From positions 1 through 51,616 of the forward strand of contig JBEEHC010000125.1 in NCBI GenBank assembly GCA_041167205.1: DNA of 51,616 nt, in the 5' to 3' direction. Origin of the DNA: Verrucomicrobiota bacterium. Its GTDB lineage: Bacteria > Verrucomicrobiota > Verrucomicrobiia > Chthoniobacterales > UBA10450. Each line of letters begins with the position of its first letter. The stretch's first letter is position 1. The notes beneath the pieces were generated by a model. That model saw nothing but the letters and a program-made list of their open reading frames with translations. It was not told the DNA's origin and made no database searches. Shown here one piece after another: positions 9,161-19,089 of the stretch. The position numbers and the translations under genes are program-made.

Positions 9161-9934
9161 TTAGTCAGCCAGGTTTCCTCCGTCCACTGGAATGGTCGCA
9201 CCGGTCATGTAGGAGGCGTTTGCCGAAGCAACAAAGACGATTACGTGAGCGATCTCTTCCGGTGTTCCGAGACGTTTGACGGGCACGGTCGAGACGAGTG
9301 CAGCCTTGTTTTCATCCGTGTTGGTGAAGCGTGTGAGCATGCCCGTATCTGTAGTGCCCGGAGCGACTACGTTTACCCGAACTCCGGTCCCTGCCACTTC
9401 CAGCGCAGCGGACTTTGTCAGCCCTTCCACCGCATGTTTGCTGGCTACATAAACGGATGCCCCAGCAGCGCCTACGCTTCCAAAGGTCGAAGAGACATTA
9501 ACGATGCTCCCGCTTCCCTGTGGCAGCATTGCCCGCAGTTCGTGCTTCATGCTTAACAGCACGCCAAGAACGTTGGTATCAAACGTGGCCGCGTAGCTCT
9601 GCTCGGTCTGTTCGGTTACGAGACCCTTCAATCCTTCCGTCCCGGCATTATTGACGGCAATATCCAGGCGTCCGAAACGCTTGACCGTTTGGTCCACAAG
9701 GTCGCGTACATCCTCGTCCTTGCGGACATCAGTCCGGACAAAAATGGCTTCAGCTCCGAGCCCTTGTAGCTCTGCAGCTAACTCTTGCCCTTCTTTGTCA
9801 TGACGACCGGAGACAACAACATGTGCCCCTTGTTGCGCAAAGATTATTGCAGCAGCGCGACCGATTCCTGTCAGTGCACCGGTGATCAAAACAACGGGTG
9901 CACTCTCTTCGAGTTCTCTGCTTGTTGTTTTCAT
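9161..9934 (-). CDS. SDR-family oxidoreductase
   Basis: ITGALTGIGRAAA, NNAG, and S...YVASKHAV motifs. The start is taken at MKTTSRELEES (9934). Confidence 0.9.
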   Translation of the reverse strand: MKTTSRELEESAPVVLITGALTGIGRAAAIIFAQQGAHVVVSGRHDKEGQELAAELQGLGAEAIFVRTDVRKDEDVRDLVDQTVKRFGRLDIAVNNAGTEGLKGLVTEQTEQSYAATFDTNVLGVLLSMKHELRAMLPQGSGSIVNVSSTFGSVGAAGASVYVASKHAVEGLTKSAALEVAGTGVRVNVVAPGTTDTGMLTRFTNTDENKAALVSTVPVKRLGTPEEIAHVIVFVASANASYMTGATIPVDGGNLAD

Positions 9935-10016
9935 ACCGTAAACGTCGGCCTCTTGTGGCGCCGTTAAATAATGCTTTGTTTGCTCTGCGCCCATGCCTCA
10001 CAGGCATGGGCACGGA

Positions 10017-10922
10017 ATGGAACTACGACATCTCCGTTACTTCGTCGCAGTCGCTGACGCCGGAAGTCTGACGGTGGCCGCAGCGCGAAAACTGCACACG
10101 TCGCAACCTTCGTTGAGCCGGCAGATTCGAGACCTTGAAGGCGAGGTGGGTGCTCAACTTTTGGTGCGTGGCGCTCGCGGCATCAAACTGACACCAGCGG
10201 GTCGAGCCTTTCTCGATCACGCTCGCGTGGCGCTAGCGCAGGTTGAAGCGGCAGCCGGCGCCGCACACCGGGTCGCTCATCCCGCCAAGCCATGCTTCGT
10301 TCTGGGATTTCTGACCGGTCACGAATTGACGTGGATGCCGGAAACCTTGCAGATGTTGCGCGACGAACTGCCTAACGTCGACGTGATGATATCGAGTCAA
10401 TACTCGCCCCAGCTCGCGGATGCCCTTTCGCAGGGAAAAGTCGATGCAGCTTTTCTTCGACGGGAACAAGGGACTCCTGAACTGGGCTTTAAACTTCTCG
10501 TCAAGGAGCCCTTGGTGGTGGTCTTGCCTCACGACCACCGCCTGGCTGCGCTCAAATCTATCAGTCCCCGGGACATAGCGGGCGAGACGTTCGTGGGCGT
10601 GTCGGACACGGCACCCGTACTTCGCGCGGTCATCGACGATTACCTAAAGCGTTCCGGAATCAAGATCACGCCCGATCACAAGGCTGACCACCTCGCCATG
10701 GGAATGTCCTTAATAGCGTCCACGCGCGGCGTTGGGCTGTTGCCTGCTTACGCACAAGACTTTCTTGCTTCGTCTTTAACGAGTCGTCCTCTCAAGGGAA
10801 AGACACCGACTGTCGATCTGGTCTTTGGCTACAAGAAGTCGAACAAATCTCCCATTCTAAAGCTATTGCTTTCGAGATTGGACGAGTTGGTCGCTCGCGT
10901 TTCCAAGAGGGGGAAAGTGTGA
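10017..10922 (+). CDS. LysR-family transcriptional regulator
   Basis: MELRHLRYFVAVADAGSLTVAAARKLHTSQPSLSRQIRDLE helix-turn-helix plus a LysR substrate-binding domain. It is divergent from the SDR/DUF427/SnoaL operon. Confidence 0.9.
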   Translation: MELRHLRYFVAVADAGSLTVAAARKLHTSQPSLSRQIRDLEGEVGAQLLVRGARGIKLTPAGRAFLDHARVALAQVEAAAGAAHRVAHPAKPCFVLGFLTGHELTWMPETLQMLRDELPNVDVMISSQYSPQLADALSQGKVDAAFLRREQGTPELGFKLLVKEPLVVVLPHDHRLAALKSISPRDIAGETFVGVSDTAPVLRAVIDDYLKRSGIKITPDHKADHLAMGMSLIASTRGVGLLPAYAQDFLASSLTSRPLKGKTPTVDLVFGYKKSNKSPILKLLLSRLDELVARVSKRGKV

Positions 10923-11025
10923 AATTAGAACATGGAACGCAAAAACTCAGGCCGGGATCAAAGACAAGGTCGTCGTCATTGTTTGCTTAGCGATTATCTT
11001 CAGTGCGTGCAGCCGTTCAAAATCG

Positions 11026-11442
11026 ATGAAAGAACGAATCAGCGATAAGGAACTCGTCGCGATGTGGTATCAGGCATTTGATCGCAAGGATCCACATCTC
11101 CTCGACCAAATCCTGAGCGAGGACTGGGTCGATATTCCGTCACCTCCCGGGATTCCGCCCGGACCTGCCGGAGTGAAACCGACTTTCGCGCGGCTCACCA
11201 CGACTTTTCCTGATCTGAAGCTAACCATCGAGGACATCCTCCAGGATGGGAACAAGGTGGTTGGCCGCGCCAGAATGACTGGGACTCAAAAAGAAGCGTT
11301 CATGGATTTTCCCTCGAAGAACCGCAAGATCGACATCCAGGTCGTCGACATCCACGAGGTCAAAGGTGGCAAGGTTATCCGGACCTGGCACACCGAAGAT
11401 TGGATGAGCGGATTGCGTCAGCTCGGTGTGTTCGAGAAGTAG
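11026..11442 (+). CDS. SnoaL-like predicted ester cyclase; a lipoprotein signal peptide may be disrupted by a frameshift upstream
   Basis: 138-aa ORF with W.D....PG...G....F..L...FPD....I.D....G.KV and ...HEV..GKV..W, the ester-cyclase/NTF2 pattern. See the finding at 10932. Confidence 0.8.
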   Translation: MKERISDKELVAMWYQAFDRKDPHLLDQILSEDWVDIPSPPGIPPGPAGVKPTFARLTTTFPDLKLTIEDILQDGNKVVGRARMTGTQKEAFMDFPSKNRKIDIQVVDIHEVKGGKVIRTWHTEDWMSGLRQLGVFEK

Positions 11443-11457
11443 GTCCGAGCCGATGGC

Positions 11458-13167
11458 CTAATTGCGATCAGCCGATGCGGCGAGGGCGATTTGGACGCCG
11501 GCGATGGCCATGCCGCCTTCGCCGACAGCGGCAGCGCAACGTTTCACCGAGCCGGACCGAACATCGCCCGCGGCAAAAACGCGGGGAAGACTGGTCTCGA
11601 GCGGGCCCGGTCGACGTTCGTTCTCTTTCCAGGCGGGCGAATCCTCCACGTCGGATCCCGTTTTGATAAATCCTTTTCCGTCCCGCTCGATCTCGGCCGG
11701 CAGCCATTCGGTGCAGGGATTGGCGCCAATCATCGAAAAAATCGCGGGGGTTCGGACAACGCGCCGCTCGCCGGTCGTGGTGTTTTCCAGCTCGGCTTCT
11801 TCCACCGTTTTCCCGCCGGACATTTTGCGAACCTGGGTCTGAAAGAGAATCTCGATGTTCTCTTTCACTTCCACCCGTCGTGAAAGGTAGGTCGACATCT
11901 TGGAGAGATCGCCGCCGCGGATAACAAGGAGGACTTTGGCGGCGCCATCAGAAAGGAACATCGCGGCCTGTCCCGCCGAATTGCCGCTCCCGGCGACGAT
12001 GACAGTTGCGCCGCGACAAATCTGACCTTCGAGCGCGGTCGCGGCATAATAAACGCCCACACCTTCAAATTGTTCGCACCCCTCCGCCTCCAATCGGCGG
12101 TAGTTCGCGCCGGTCGCGATCAGGACACTCTTCGCTCGCAGCACGGCCGAACAACCATCGACTTGAACACAGACGGGGTATTCATCGGCCCCGTCGTAAT
12201 GAAGGGAAAGCGCTTGCGCCGGCGTGGAAAACTTCGCACCGAACCGATACGCCTGAAGCTGAGCGAGCCAGGTCAAATCGCCGCCACTGACCCCGGTCGG
12301 GAAACCAAAAAAGTTTTCGATCAAGGAGGAGGAGCCAGCCTGGCCGCCCGGCGCATAACTTTCCAGCACGACTGTTCTTAACCCTTCAGAAGCGGCATAA
12401 ACGGCCGCGGCCAGACCCGCCGGACCGGCTCCGACGATCGCCAGGTCCGCCATGATTTCGGTTTCGTTCTCGAACGCGAGTGGACGAAGCAACCCGGCTA
12501 CTTGCGCGACCTCGCGCAGTGAAGGCCTCCGTAAAGGAGCGCCTCCGGGCGTAATCAGCGCGGGCAAATCGCGGCTGGTCAGATGCAGGCGTTTGCTCAA
12601 GGTCTGCCCCTGTTCGCTCTCAAAGTCGATGAGCCGATGCGGGATGCGATTCTTGTCGAGGAAATCATCGAGCTGGCGTCCATCGCGCGCATCGCGGTTT
12701 GCCAAAACACGTATTCCCGCGAATTCGCGATCGCGGCGGAGCCGCCGCCGTCGCATGATCAATGCATCGACGATTGTTTTGCTCACGCCGGGAATTTCGG
12801 CCAGCGCTCGCCGAAGTTCCGCGGCCGGAATGTGGAGTATCTCGGCCTCATCCGAGGTGACTCTGCTCGAACCGAGGATCGACGTGCCCTGCAGCATCGA
12901 GACGTCGCCCATGAAATCGCGTTCACGCGCGATCGCGAGATTATATTCGGTGCCATCGCGCGTCTCGAAGGCCTCGAGCTCGCCGCGCAAAACAATGGCC
13001 AATCCGAGATCGCGCTGCCCAGCTTTAAAAAGCACGTCGCCGCGTTTCATCACCCGGCGTTCGCCCAAAGGTTCGAGGAGCGAAAGCTGGTGATCGTCCA
13101 GCTTCGGGAAGGCGATGCTTTCCGTGTCGCGATAGAACTGTTCGTCTTGCTGTTCTTCGGGTGTCAT
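11458..13167 (-). CDS. cyclic-nucleotide-binding domain fused to a thioredoxin-reductase-like FAD/NAD(P) oxidoreductase
   Basis: The N-terminal cNMP-binding fold carries FGDVSML-type (FMGDVSMLQG) and RRALAEIP motifs. The C-terminal half has GAGPAGLAAAVYAASEG, GSGNSAGQAA and AAGDVRSGSVKR, as in TrxB. Confidence 0.85.
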   Translation of the reverse strand: MTPEEQQDEQFYRDTESIAFPKLDDHQLSLLEPLGERRVMKRGDVLFKAGQRDLGLAIVLRGELEAFETRDGTEYNLAIARERDFMGDVSMLQGTSILGSSRVTSDEAEILHIPAAELRRALAEIPGVSKTIVDALIMRRRRLRRDREFAGIRVLANRDARDGRQLDDFLDKNRIPHRLIDFESEQGQTLSKRLHLTSRDLPALITPGGAPLRRPSLREVAQVAGLLRPLAFENETEIMADLAIVGAGPAGLAAAVYAASEGLRTVVLESYAPGGQAGSSSLIENFFGFPTGVSGGDLTWLAQLQAYRFGAKFSTPAQALSLHYDGADEYPVCVQVDGCSAVLRAKSVLIATGANYRRLEAEGCEQFEGVGVYYAATALEGQICRGATVIVAGSGNSAGQAAMFLSDGAAKVLLVIRGGDLSKMSTYLSRRVEVKENIEILFQTQVRKMSGGKTVEEAELENTTTGERRVVRTPAIFSMIGANPCTEWLPAEIERDGKGFIKTGSDVEDSPAWKENERRPGPLETSLPRVFAAGDVRSGSVKRCAAAVGEGGMAIAGVQIALAASADRN

Positions 13168-13243
13168 TTCCCGGACTTTACCGCGCCTGAGCGCGCGATC
13201 AAAACGCGAAGATTCCGGCGGCGACAGATGAGTCCGAATTGTC

Positions 13244-13810
13244 CTATGTCTGTTTCTTCCGGAGCGACTTGAGTGCGCCTCCCCACGCGACTAGCTGGTC
13301 GAGCATATCGTTGACTGACTGTTCCTTCGTCGGCCCCGGCTTGAAGACGCTGTAGTTTTCGAAGTCGGTAAACATGGAGAGCAAGACCTGGTTGCGCACG
13401 GTGGCCATTTGCACTTCGGCCAGCACCAGACGCAGCTGCTCGACCGAGCGCACTCCTTGAACGCCGCCGTAGCTAACGAAGCCAGCCGCCTTGTTGTTCC
13501 ACTCGGCGAAGAGAAAATCGATCGCGTTCTTGAGCGCGCCAGGAATGCCGTGGTTGTACTCGGGCGTGACGAAAACGTAGGCGTCGAAAGAGTCGATCTT
13601 AGCGGCCCATGCTTTGGTGTGAGGCTTACTGTATTGCCCCATTATGGGCGGCACCGGCTCGTCGAGTAGCGGCAGGTTGAAGTCCTTGATGTCCACGAGC
13701 TCGAACTCGGCGTCGCTGCGCTTTTGCGCGATTTCGTAAACCCATTTGGCCACGGCCTCGCCGTTGCGACCGGGCCGGGTGCTTCCGATGATGATGGCAA
13801 TCTTTATCAT
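13244..13810 (-). CDS. NAD(P)H-dependent FMN reductase
   Basis: MIKIAIIIGSTRPGRNG...TPEYNHGIPGALKNAID signature. ATG at 13810. Confidence 0.85.
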   Translation of the reverse strand: MIKIAIIIGSTRPGRNGEAVAKWVYEIAQKRSDAEFELVDIKDFNLPLLDEPVPPIMGQYSKPHTKAWAAKIDSFDAYVFVTPEYNHGIPGALKNAIDFLFAEWNNKAAGFVSYGGVQGVRSVEQLRLVLAEVQMATVRNQVLLSMFTDFENYSVFKPGPTKEQSVNDMLDQLVAWGGALKSLRKKQT

Positions 13811-13842
13811 GATTTGGATTTCCTTTGTCTTTTGTTTTTGAA

Positions 13843-14907
13843 TCATTTTGCTAACCGCTCGCGATCCGGTGTGACCGCCAGCGCTGTCCGGACGAGAGGA
13901 GCAACGCGCGTCCCAAGCAGTTCGATCGCACGCATCAGTTTCGCGTGCGGCAAGGCCGCGACGCTCATTTGAAACGTAAGGCGAGAGATCCCGCCTAACG
14001 ACTCGTTCAGGCGGAGAATCTTTTCGGCGACGGTTTCCGCATCGCCCACGAGAAGCGCCCCGGTAGGTCCAAGCAGGGCGTCGAACTGGGCACGCGTGGC
14101 CGGCGGCCAGCCGCGTTCCTTGCCGATCTCAGTAAAGCTCTGCGCATAGCCGGGAAAGAAGTCGTCTGCCGCCCTGGACGAACTTTCGGCGACGTAGCCT
14201 AACGAATGGATTCCGACCTTGAGCTGGTCCGGAGAATGGCCGGCGCGCAGACCGGCCTGGTAGTAACGGTCGATCAACGGCCGGAACCGGTGCGGCTCGC
14301 CGCCAATGATCGCGACCATGAGCGGCAGCCCGAGCGTGCCGGCGCGAATGAAAGAGCCGGGCGTGCCGCCGACGCCGAGCCAAACCGGCAGCGGGTTCTG
14401 CAACGGGCGCGGGTAAACTCCCTGCCCGGTAAGAGGCGCGCGGTGCCGGCCCGACCAATGCACATGTGTGTTCTCGCGAATGTTCAGAAGCAGGTCGAGC
14501 TTCTCGGCGAAGAGAGAGTCGTAGTCCTCGAGCTCGAGCCCAAAGAGCGGAAATGCTTCAATGAAGGAGCCGCGCCCGGCGACGATCTCCGCCCTTCCGT
14601 TCGAAAGGAGGTCGAGAGTGGCGAACTCCTGGAAAACGCGCACGGGATCCGCTGCGCTCAATACGGTAACAGCGCTGGTCAGCCGGATGCGGCTCGTCCG
14701 GGCCGCGGCGGCCGCAAGGATCACAGTCGGCGCGGAGTCCAGGAACTCACGCCGATGGTGTTCCCCGATGCCAAAGACATCCAGGCCCACCTCGTCAGTG
14801 AGCGTGATTGCTTCGAGCAACTCTCTCAGATGTTTCGCCGGATCGACTGCCCGGTTCGCGGCCCGGTCAACGGTGGCCGCGACGAAACTGTCTACGCCAA
14901 TTTCCAT
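13843..14907 (-). CDS. LLM-class (luciferase-like) flavin-dependent oxidoreductase
   Basis: MEIGVDSF....GLDVFGIGEHH, typical of the luciferase-like monooxygenase family. It lies directly upstream of the FMN reductase gene. Confidence 0.85.
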   Translation of the reverse strand: MEIGVDSFVAATVDRAANRAVDPAKHLRELLEAITLTDEVGLDVFGIGEHHRREFLDSAPTVILAAAAARTSRIRLTSAVTVLSAADPVRVFQEFATLDLLSNGRAEIVAGRGSFIEAFPLFGLELEDYDSLFAEKLDLLLNIRENTHVHWSGRHRAPLTGQGVYPRPLQNPLPVWLGVGGTPGSFIRAGTLGLPLMVAIIGGEPHRFRPLIDRYYQAGLRAGHSPDQLKVGIHSLGYVAESSSRAADDFFPGYAQSFTEIGKERGWPPATRAQFDALLGPTGALLVGDAETVAEKILRLNESLGGISRLTFQMSVAALPHAKLMRAIELLGTRVAPLVRTALAVTPDRERLAK

Positions 14908-14927
14908 GTGTTCCTACTTTCTTGTGT

Positions 14928-15311
14928 TCAAGCTGCGACGCGTTGCTGCAAGAGGCCTGCAAAGGCGGAGCGAACGCTTAGGAAAACGACGCCCCAGAAC
15001 ACCGTCACGACGATCGCCAGAGCGATACCGCTCGGTGCCATTAGAACATGAAACAGCAGAATGTTCACGATGATGGGAGCGAGCAGGGTCAGCGCGAGCG
15101 GGACGTAGCGATTGACCAGGAGCAGGATGGCCGAGACGAGCTGGAGCAGAAAGACGACGACCAGGTAATTGGACGCGGCGAGCGCTCCGACGAACTGACC
15201 GGCCGTTCCTGAAGGCAACGTGCTGTGAATGAAGTGAAGGAAGCCGTTCAGTCCGAAGACCAGAAAGACGAAGCCTAGGAGAAAACGGGAGATGACAGTG
15301 ATGATTTTCAT
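14928..15311 (-). CDS. DoxX-family membrane protein
   Basis: 127-aa, 4-TM protein (RFLLGFVFLVFGLNGFLHF...). The ATG at 15311 faces the MarR gene. Confidence 0.8.
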   Translation of the reverse strand: MKIITVISRFLLGFVFLVFGLNGFLHFIHSTLPSGTAGQFVGALAASNYLVVVFLLQLVSAILLLVNRYVPLALTLLAPIIVNILLFHVLMAPSGIALAIVVTVFWGVVFLSVRSAFAGLLQQRVAA

Positions 15312-15337
15312 GTTAGTTTCTTTTGCTTGATACAAAG

Positions 15338-15355
15338 TATATTGATATCAATATA
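15338..15355. promoter_or_regulatory. perfect 18-bp palindrome TATATTGATATCAATATA, probable MarR operator
   Basis: Read directly from the sequence. It is centred in the 65-bp divergent DoxX/MarR intergenic region. Confidence 0.6.
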
Positions 15356-15376
15356 TCTGTCAAGGAACAATTCCTC

Positions 15377-15835
15377 ATGAAACAAAAGCGATTCAGGCAA
15401 GCGGAAGACTCCTCGGGCGTGCATCTCTGGCTCGTCTTCATGAAAGCCTTCCAGGCGCTGATCCCGCATGCGGCGAGCAGCATCAAACGCACAGAACTGG
15501 GAGACTCTGATTTTCGCGTCCTCGAAGCGCTCCTGCATAAGGGACCGCTCCCCGTGAATACCGTGGGTCCGAAAGTCTGGCTCACGCCGGGATCGATCAG
15601 CGTGGCGGTCGATCGGCTGGTCAAGAAAGGGCTGGTTTCGCGCAAGGCCCATGCCGACGACCGCCGGGTGCGCCAGGTGGAACTAACACCGAAGGGGCGG
15701 GCGCTGATTACGCGCGGGTTTGGCGAGCACGCGGCCGCGATGGAAAATATTGCGAGCGTCCTTTCAGAAAACGAGCGGCTCACCTTGCTGCGGCTGCTCA
15801 AGAAACTGGGCAAACACGCGGCGGAAGCCCGTTGA
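15377..15835 (+). CDS. MarR-family transcriptional regulator
   Basis: Winged-helix region FRVLEALLHKGPLPVNTVGPKVWLTPGSISVAVDRLVKKGLVSRK..DDRRV. Start taken at MKQKRF (15377). Confidence 0.85.
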   Translation: MKQKRFRQAEDSSGVHLWLVFMKAFQALIPHAASSIKRTELGDSDFRVLEALLHKGPLPVNTVGPKVWLTPGSISVAVDRLVKKGLVSRKAHADDRRVRQVELTPKGRALITRGFGEHAAAMENIASVLSENERLTLLRLLKKLGKHAAEAR

Positions 15836-15860
15836 TCGGCGTTGGTCAACGCGCTGCGAA

Positions 15861-18800
15861 CTAAGCCGCTGGCTCCGCTCCCAACGGGGGCTCCGGTTGG
15901 ATCGGTGCTGGCCTGGACGTCTTGGTGTGGCGCTCTTTGAACCACATGATCACGACGTAAAACACGGGCGTGAGAAAGAGGCCGAAGCCGGTGACGCCGA
16001 GCATGCCGAAGAAAACGGCAGTACCGAGCGCCTGTCGCATTTCCGCGCCGGCGCCTTTGCTGAGGACAAGCGGAAGGACGCCGAAAATGAAGGCAAAGGA
16101 AGTCATCAGGATCGGACGCAGCCGCAAACGAGCCGCTTCGACGGCGGCGGCGAAGCGATCCTTTTTATCACGGTCCTCGATTTGCTTGGCGAACTCGACA
16201 ATCAGGATGGCGTTCTTGCAGGCGAGCCCGACCAGCACGACGAAGCCGATCTGCGTGAAGATGTTGTTCTCCATCGAGCGCAGCCAGACGCCGCCGATCG
16301 CGCTGAACAGGCACATCGGGACAATGAGAATGATAGCGAGCGGCAAAGACCAGCTTTCGTAAAGCGCCGCCAGCAGGAGGAAGACGAACAGGACGCAGAG
16401 CGGGAAGATGTAGATCGCGCTATTGCCGGCGAGCTTTTGCTGCAGCGCGATCTCCGTCCAGTCTGTCGTGAAGCTCGTGGGCAGAGTTTCTTTGGCGATA
16501 CGGTCGATGGCTGCGAGGGCGTCGCCCGTGCTGGCGCCGGGCGCTGGTTGGCCGCTGAGGTCGGCGGCCGGAAACATATTGTAGCGGGTGACCTTGTCGG
16601 CGCCGCTCACTTCCCGGACGGTCGAGACGGAACCGAGCGGAACAATTCCACCCATGGCATTGCGCGTTTTGAGCAAGCGGATGTCGTCGGGCTTGAGGCG
16701 AAACTCAGAGTCGGCCTGGGCCGTGACCCGGTAGGTTCTTCCAAAAAGCGTGAGGTCGTTCACGTAGCTCGAACCGAGGTAGGTCTGGAGCGTGCCGAAG
16801 ATATTGCTGAGCGGCACGCTCATGCTCTTCGCCTTCACCCGATCCACATCGAGCCAGAGCTGCGGCACGTTGGCGCGGAAGGTCGTCAGGTTATTGGTCA
16901 GGCCAGGGGTCTGGTTTGCTTTTCTCGTCATGGCGAAAGCTTGCGCCTGCAGTTCTTCCAGACCAGCGTTGCCGCGGTCCTGAATGAAGAGCTTGTAGCC
17001 GCCGGCGTTGCCAATCCCGGCCACAGGTGGTGGTGGAAAGACGACGACCAGGGCCTCAGGAATTTCCGCGCGAACCCGGGCGTTCATCTTCGCCACGATC
17101 GACGGCAATCCCTCCTCGGGCGTGGTTCGCTCCGAGAATTCCTTGAAAGGCAGAAAGACGGCGGCAGTGTTGGTTTGATTCCCGCCGAAAAGATTGAAGC
17201 CGGCGAATTCCACGGTGTTGAGTACGCCAGGCGTTTCGCGTCCAATCTTTGAAATCTTGTCCACGACAGCTTGCGTGCGATCGAGCGAAGAGGCGTCGGG
17301 CAATTGTGCGAAAACGATCGCATAGCCGCGATCCTGCGTGGGCAGGAACCCGGCCGGCACAACTTTGAAACCGAGACCGGTCAGGAAGAGTAACCCGGCG
17401 TAGATGAGCAGCACGACGACCGCGAGCCGGGTAAGCCGCCCAACCGTATTACCGTAGGCATTCGAGCTCCAAGCGAAGACTTTGTTGAACCCTTTGAAGA
17501 ACCAGCCGAGCAAGCCATCGATCAGACGCTGGAACGAATCCTTCTTCGCGCCGCGTGGCTTGAGCAGAAGCGACGCGAGTGCAGGCGAAAGGGTAAGCGA
17601 ATTCAACGCGGAGATCGCGGTCGAAACCGCAATGGTGAGCGCAAATTGCCGAAAGAATATGCCCGTGATGCCGCTGATAAACGCGGTCGGGATAAAGACC
17701 GAGCAAAGCACGAGCGCAATCGCGACCAAAGCCCCGCCCACTTCAGTCATGGCTTTGCGCGCCGCGTCACGCGGGCTAAGACCGTCTTCAATGTGATGCT
17801 CGATGGCCTCGACGACGACGATGGCGTCATCGACCACGATGCCGATCGCGAGAACAAGGCCGAAGAGCGAGATGTTGTTGATCGAAAACCCGAAGGCCTG
17901 CATCGCGGCGAAGGTGCCGATCAACGAAACCGGAATGGCGATGAGCGGAATGAGCGCCGCGCGCCACGTTTGTAGAAAGATGAGGACAACCAGGACGACT
18001 AGCGCGATGGCTTCGAAGAGCGTCTTCTGCACTTCGTGGATCGACTCGCGGACAGACACGGTTGGGTCGTAGACAATTGTGTAGTCGAGCCCGGCGGGAA
18101 ACCGTTTCTTCAGCTCGGCCATCTTCGCGCGCACGGCGTCGGAGGTGGCGAGGGCGTTCGAACCCGGGAGCTGAAAGATGGCCATCGCCGTCGCCGGTTT
18201 TCCGCCGAGCTGGCTGTTGACCGTGTAGTCGCGAGCCGCGAGCTCAACTCGCGCGACATCGCGCACGCGCGTGACTTGCCCGTCGGCGCCAGTCTTGATG
18301 ATGATGTCGCCAAACTCCTTTTCGTCCGCGAGCCGGCCCTGCGTGCTGACCGTGTATTGAAAGGCCGTGGCGCCTTTCGGCACGGGCGGCGCGCCGATGA
18401 TTCCCGCCGCCACTTGCACATTCTGCTCCTGAATCGCCGTCACCACGTCCTGCGCGGTGAGCCCACGCGAAGAGACCTTGTTAGGATCGAGCCAGATCCG
18501 CATCGAATATTCGCGCGCGCCGAAGACATTGATGTCGCCAACACCATCGACACGCGCGAGCTCATCGCGAACCTGGAGCAGCGCATAATTGCTGGTAAAA
18601 AGCTGATCCAGCGACCCGTCCGGTGAAACGAGATGCACGACCATGGTAATGTCCGGCGACTGTTTCTTCGTGGTGACGCCGATGCGTTGAACGTCAGGCG
18701 GGAGGATGGGAATCGCGATGGCGACGCGGTTTTGCACCAGCACCTGCGCCGTATCGAGATTCGTGCCGAGCTTGAAAGTGATGCTCAACGTCATGTTGCC

Positions 18801-19061
18801 GTCGCTCGTGCTTTGCGAAGACATGTAGAGCATGTTCTCGACGCCGTTGACCTGTTGTTCGATCGGCGTCGCCACGGTTTCCGATACGACCTTCGCGTTT
18901 GCACCCGGATAGTTGGTCGTAACCTGGATGGTGGGCGGTGCGATCTGGGGATATTGCGCGATCGGAAGCGTCGAAAGCGCAATCACGCCGACGAGCGTGA
19001 TGACAATACTGATCACGCCGGCGAAGATCGGGCGGTCGATGAAAAAGTGAGGAAAGTTCAT
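15861..19061 (-). CDS. RND multidrug efflux permease (HAE1, AcrB/MexB-like)
   Basis: 1066 aa. MNFPHFFIDRPIFAGVISIV N-terminus and a 12-TM RND architecture. Confidence 0.95.
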   Translation of the reverse strand: MNFPHFFIDRPIFAGVISIVITLVGVIALSTLPIAQYPQIAPPTIQVTTNYPGANAKVVSETVATPIEQQVNGVENMLYMSSQSTSDGNMTLSITFKLGTNLDTAQVLVQNRVAIAIPILPPDVQRIGVTTKKQSPDITMVVHLVSPDGSLDQLFTSNYALLQVRDELARVDGVGDINVFGAREYSMRIWLDPNKVSSRGLTAQDVVTAIQEQNVQVAAGIIGAPPVPKGATAFQYTVSTQGRLADEKEFGDIIIKTGADGQVTRVRDVARVELAARDYTVNSQLGGKPATAMAIFQLPGSNALATSDAVRAKMAELKKRFPAGLDYTIVYDPTVSVRESIHEVQKTLFEAIALVVLVVLIFLQTWRAALIPLIAIPVSLIGTFAAMQAFGFSINNISLFGLVLAIGIVVDDAIVVVEAIEHHIEDGLSPRDAARKAMTEVGGALVAIALVLCSVFIPTAFISGITGIFFRQFALTIAVSTAISALNSLTLSPALASLLLKPRGAKKDSFQRLIDGLLGWFFKGFNKVFAWSSNAYGNTVGRLTRLAVVVLLIYAGLLFLTGLGFKVVPAGFLPTQDRGYAIVFAQLPDASSLDRTQAVVDKISKIGRETPGVLNTVEFAGFNLFGGNQTNTAAVFLPFKEFSERTTPEEGLPSIVAKMNARVRAEIPEALVVVFPPPPVAGIGNAGGYKLFIQDRGNAGLEELQAQAFAMTRKANQTPGLTNNLTTFRANVPQLWLDVDRVKAKSMSVPLSNIFGTLQTYLGSSYVNDLTLFGRTYRVTAQADSEFRLKPDDIRLLKTRNAMGGIVPLGSVSTVREVSGADKVTRYNMFPAADLSGQPAPGASTGDALAAIDRIAKETLPTSFTTDWTEIALQQKLAGNSAIYIFPLCVLFVFLLLAALYESWSLPLAIILIVPMCLFSAIGGVWLRSMENNIFTQIGFVVLVGLACKNAILIVEFAKQIEDRDKKDRFAAAVEAARLRLRPILMTSFAFIFGVLPLVLSKGAGAEMRQALGTAVFFGMLGVTGFGLFLTPVFYVVIMWFKERHTKTSRPAPIQPEPPLGAEPAA

Positions 19062-19089
19062 CGCGCTTTCGCTCGCAGATGGGTCACTA

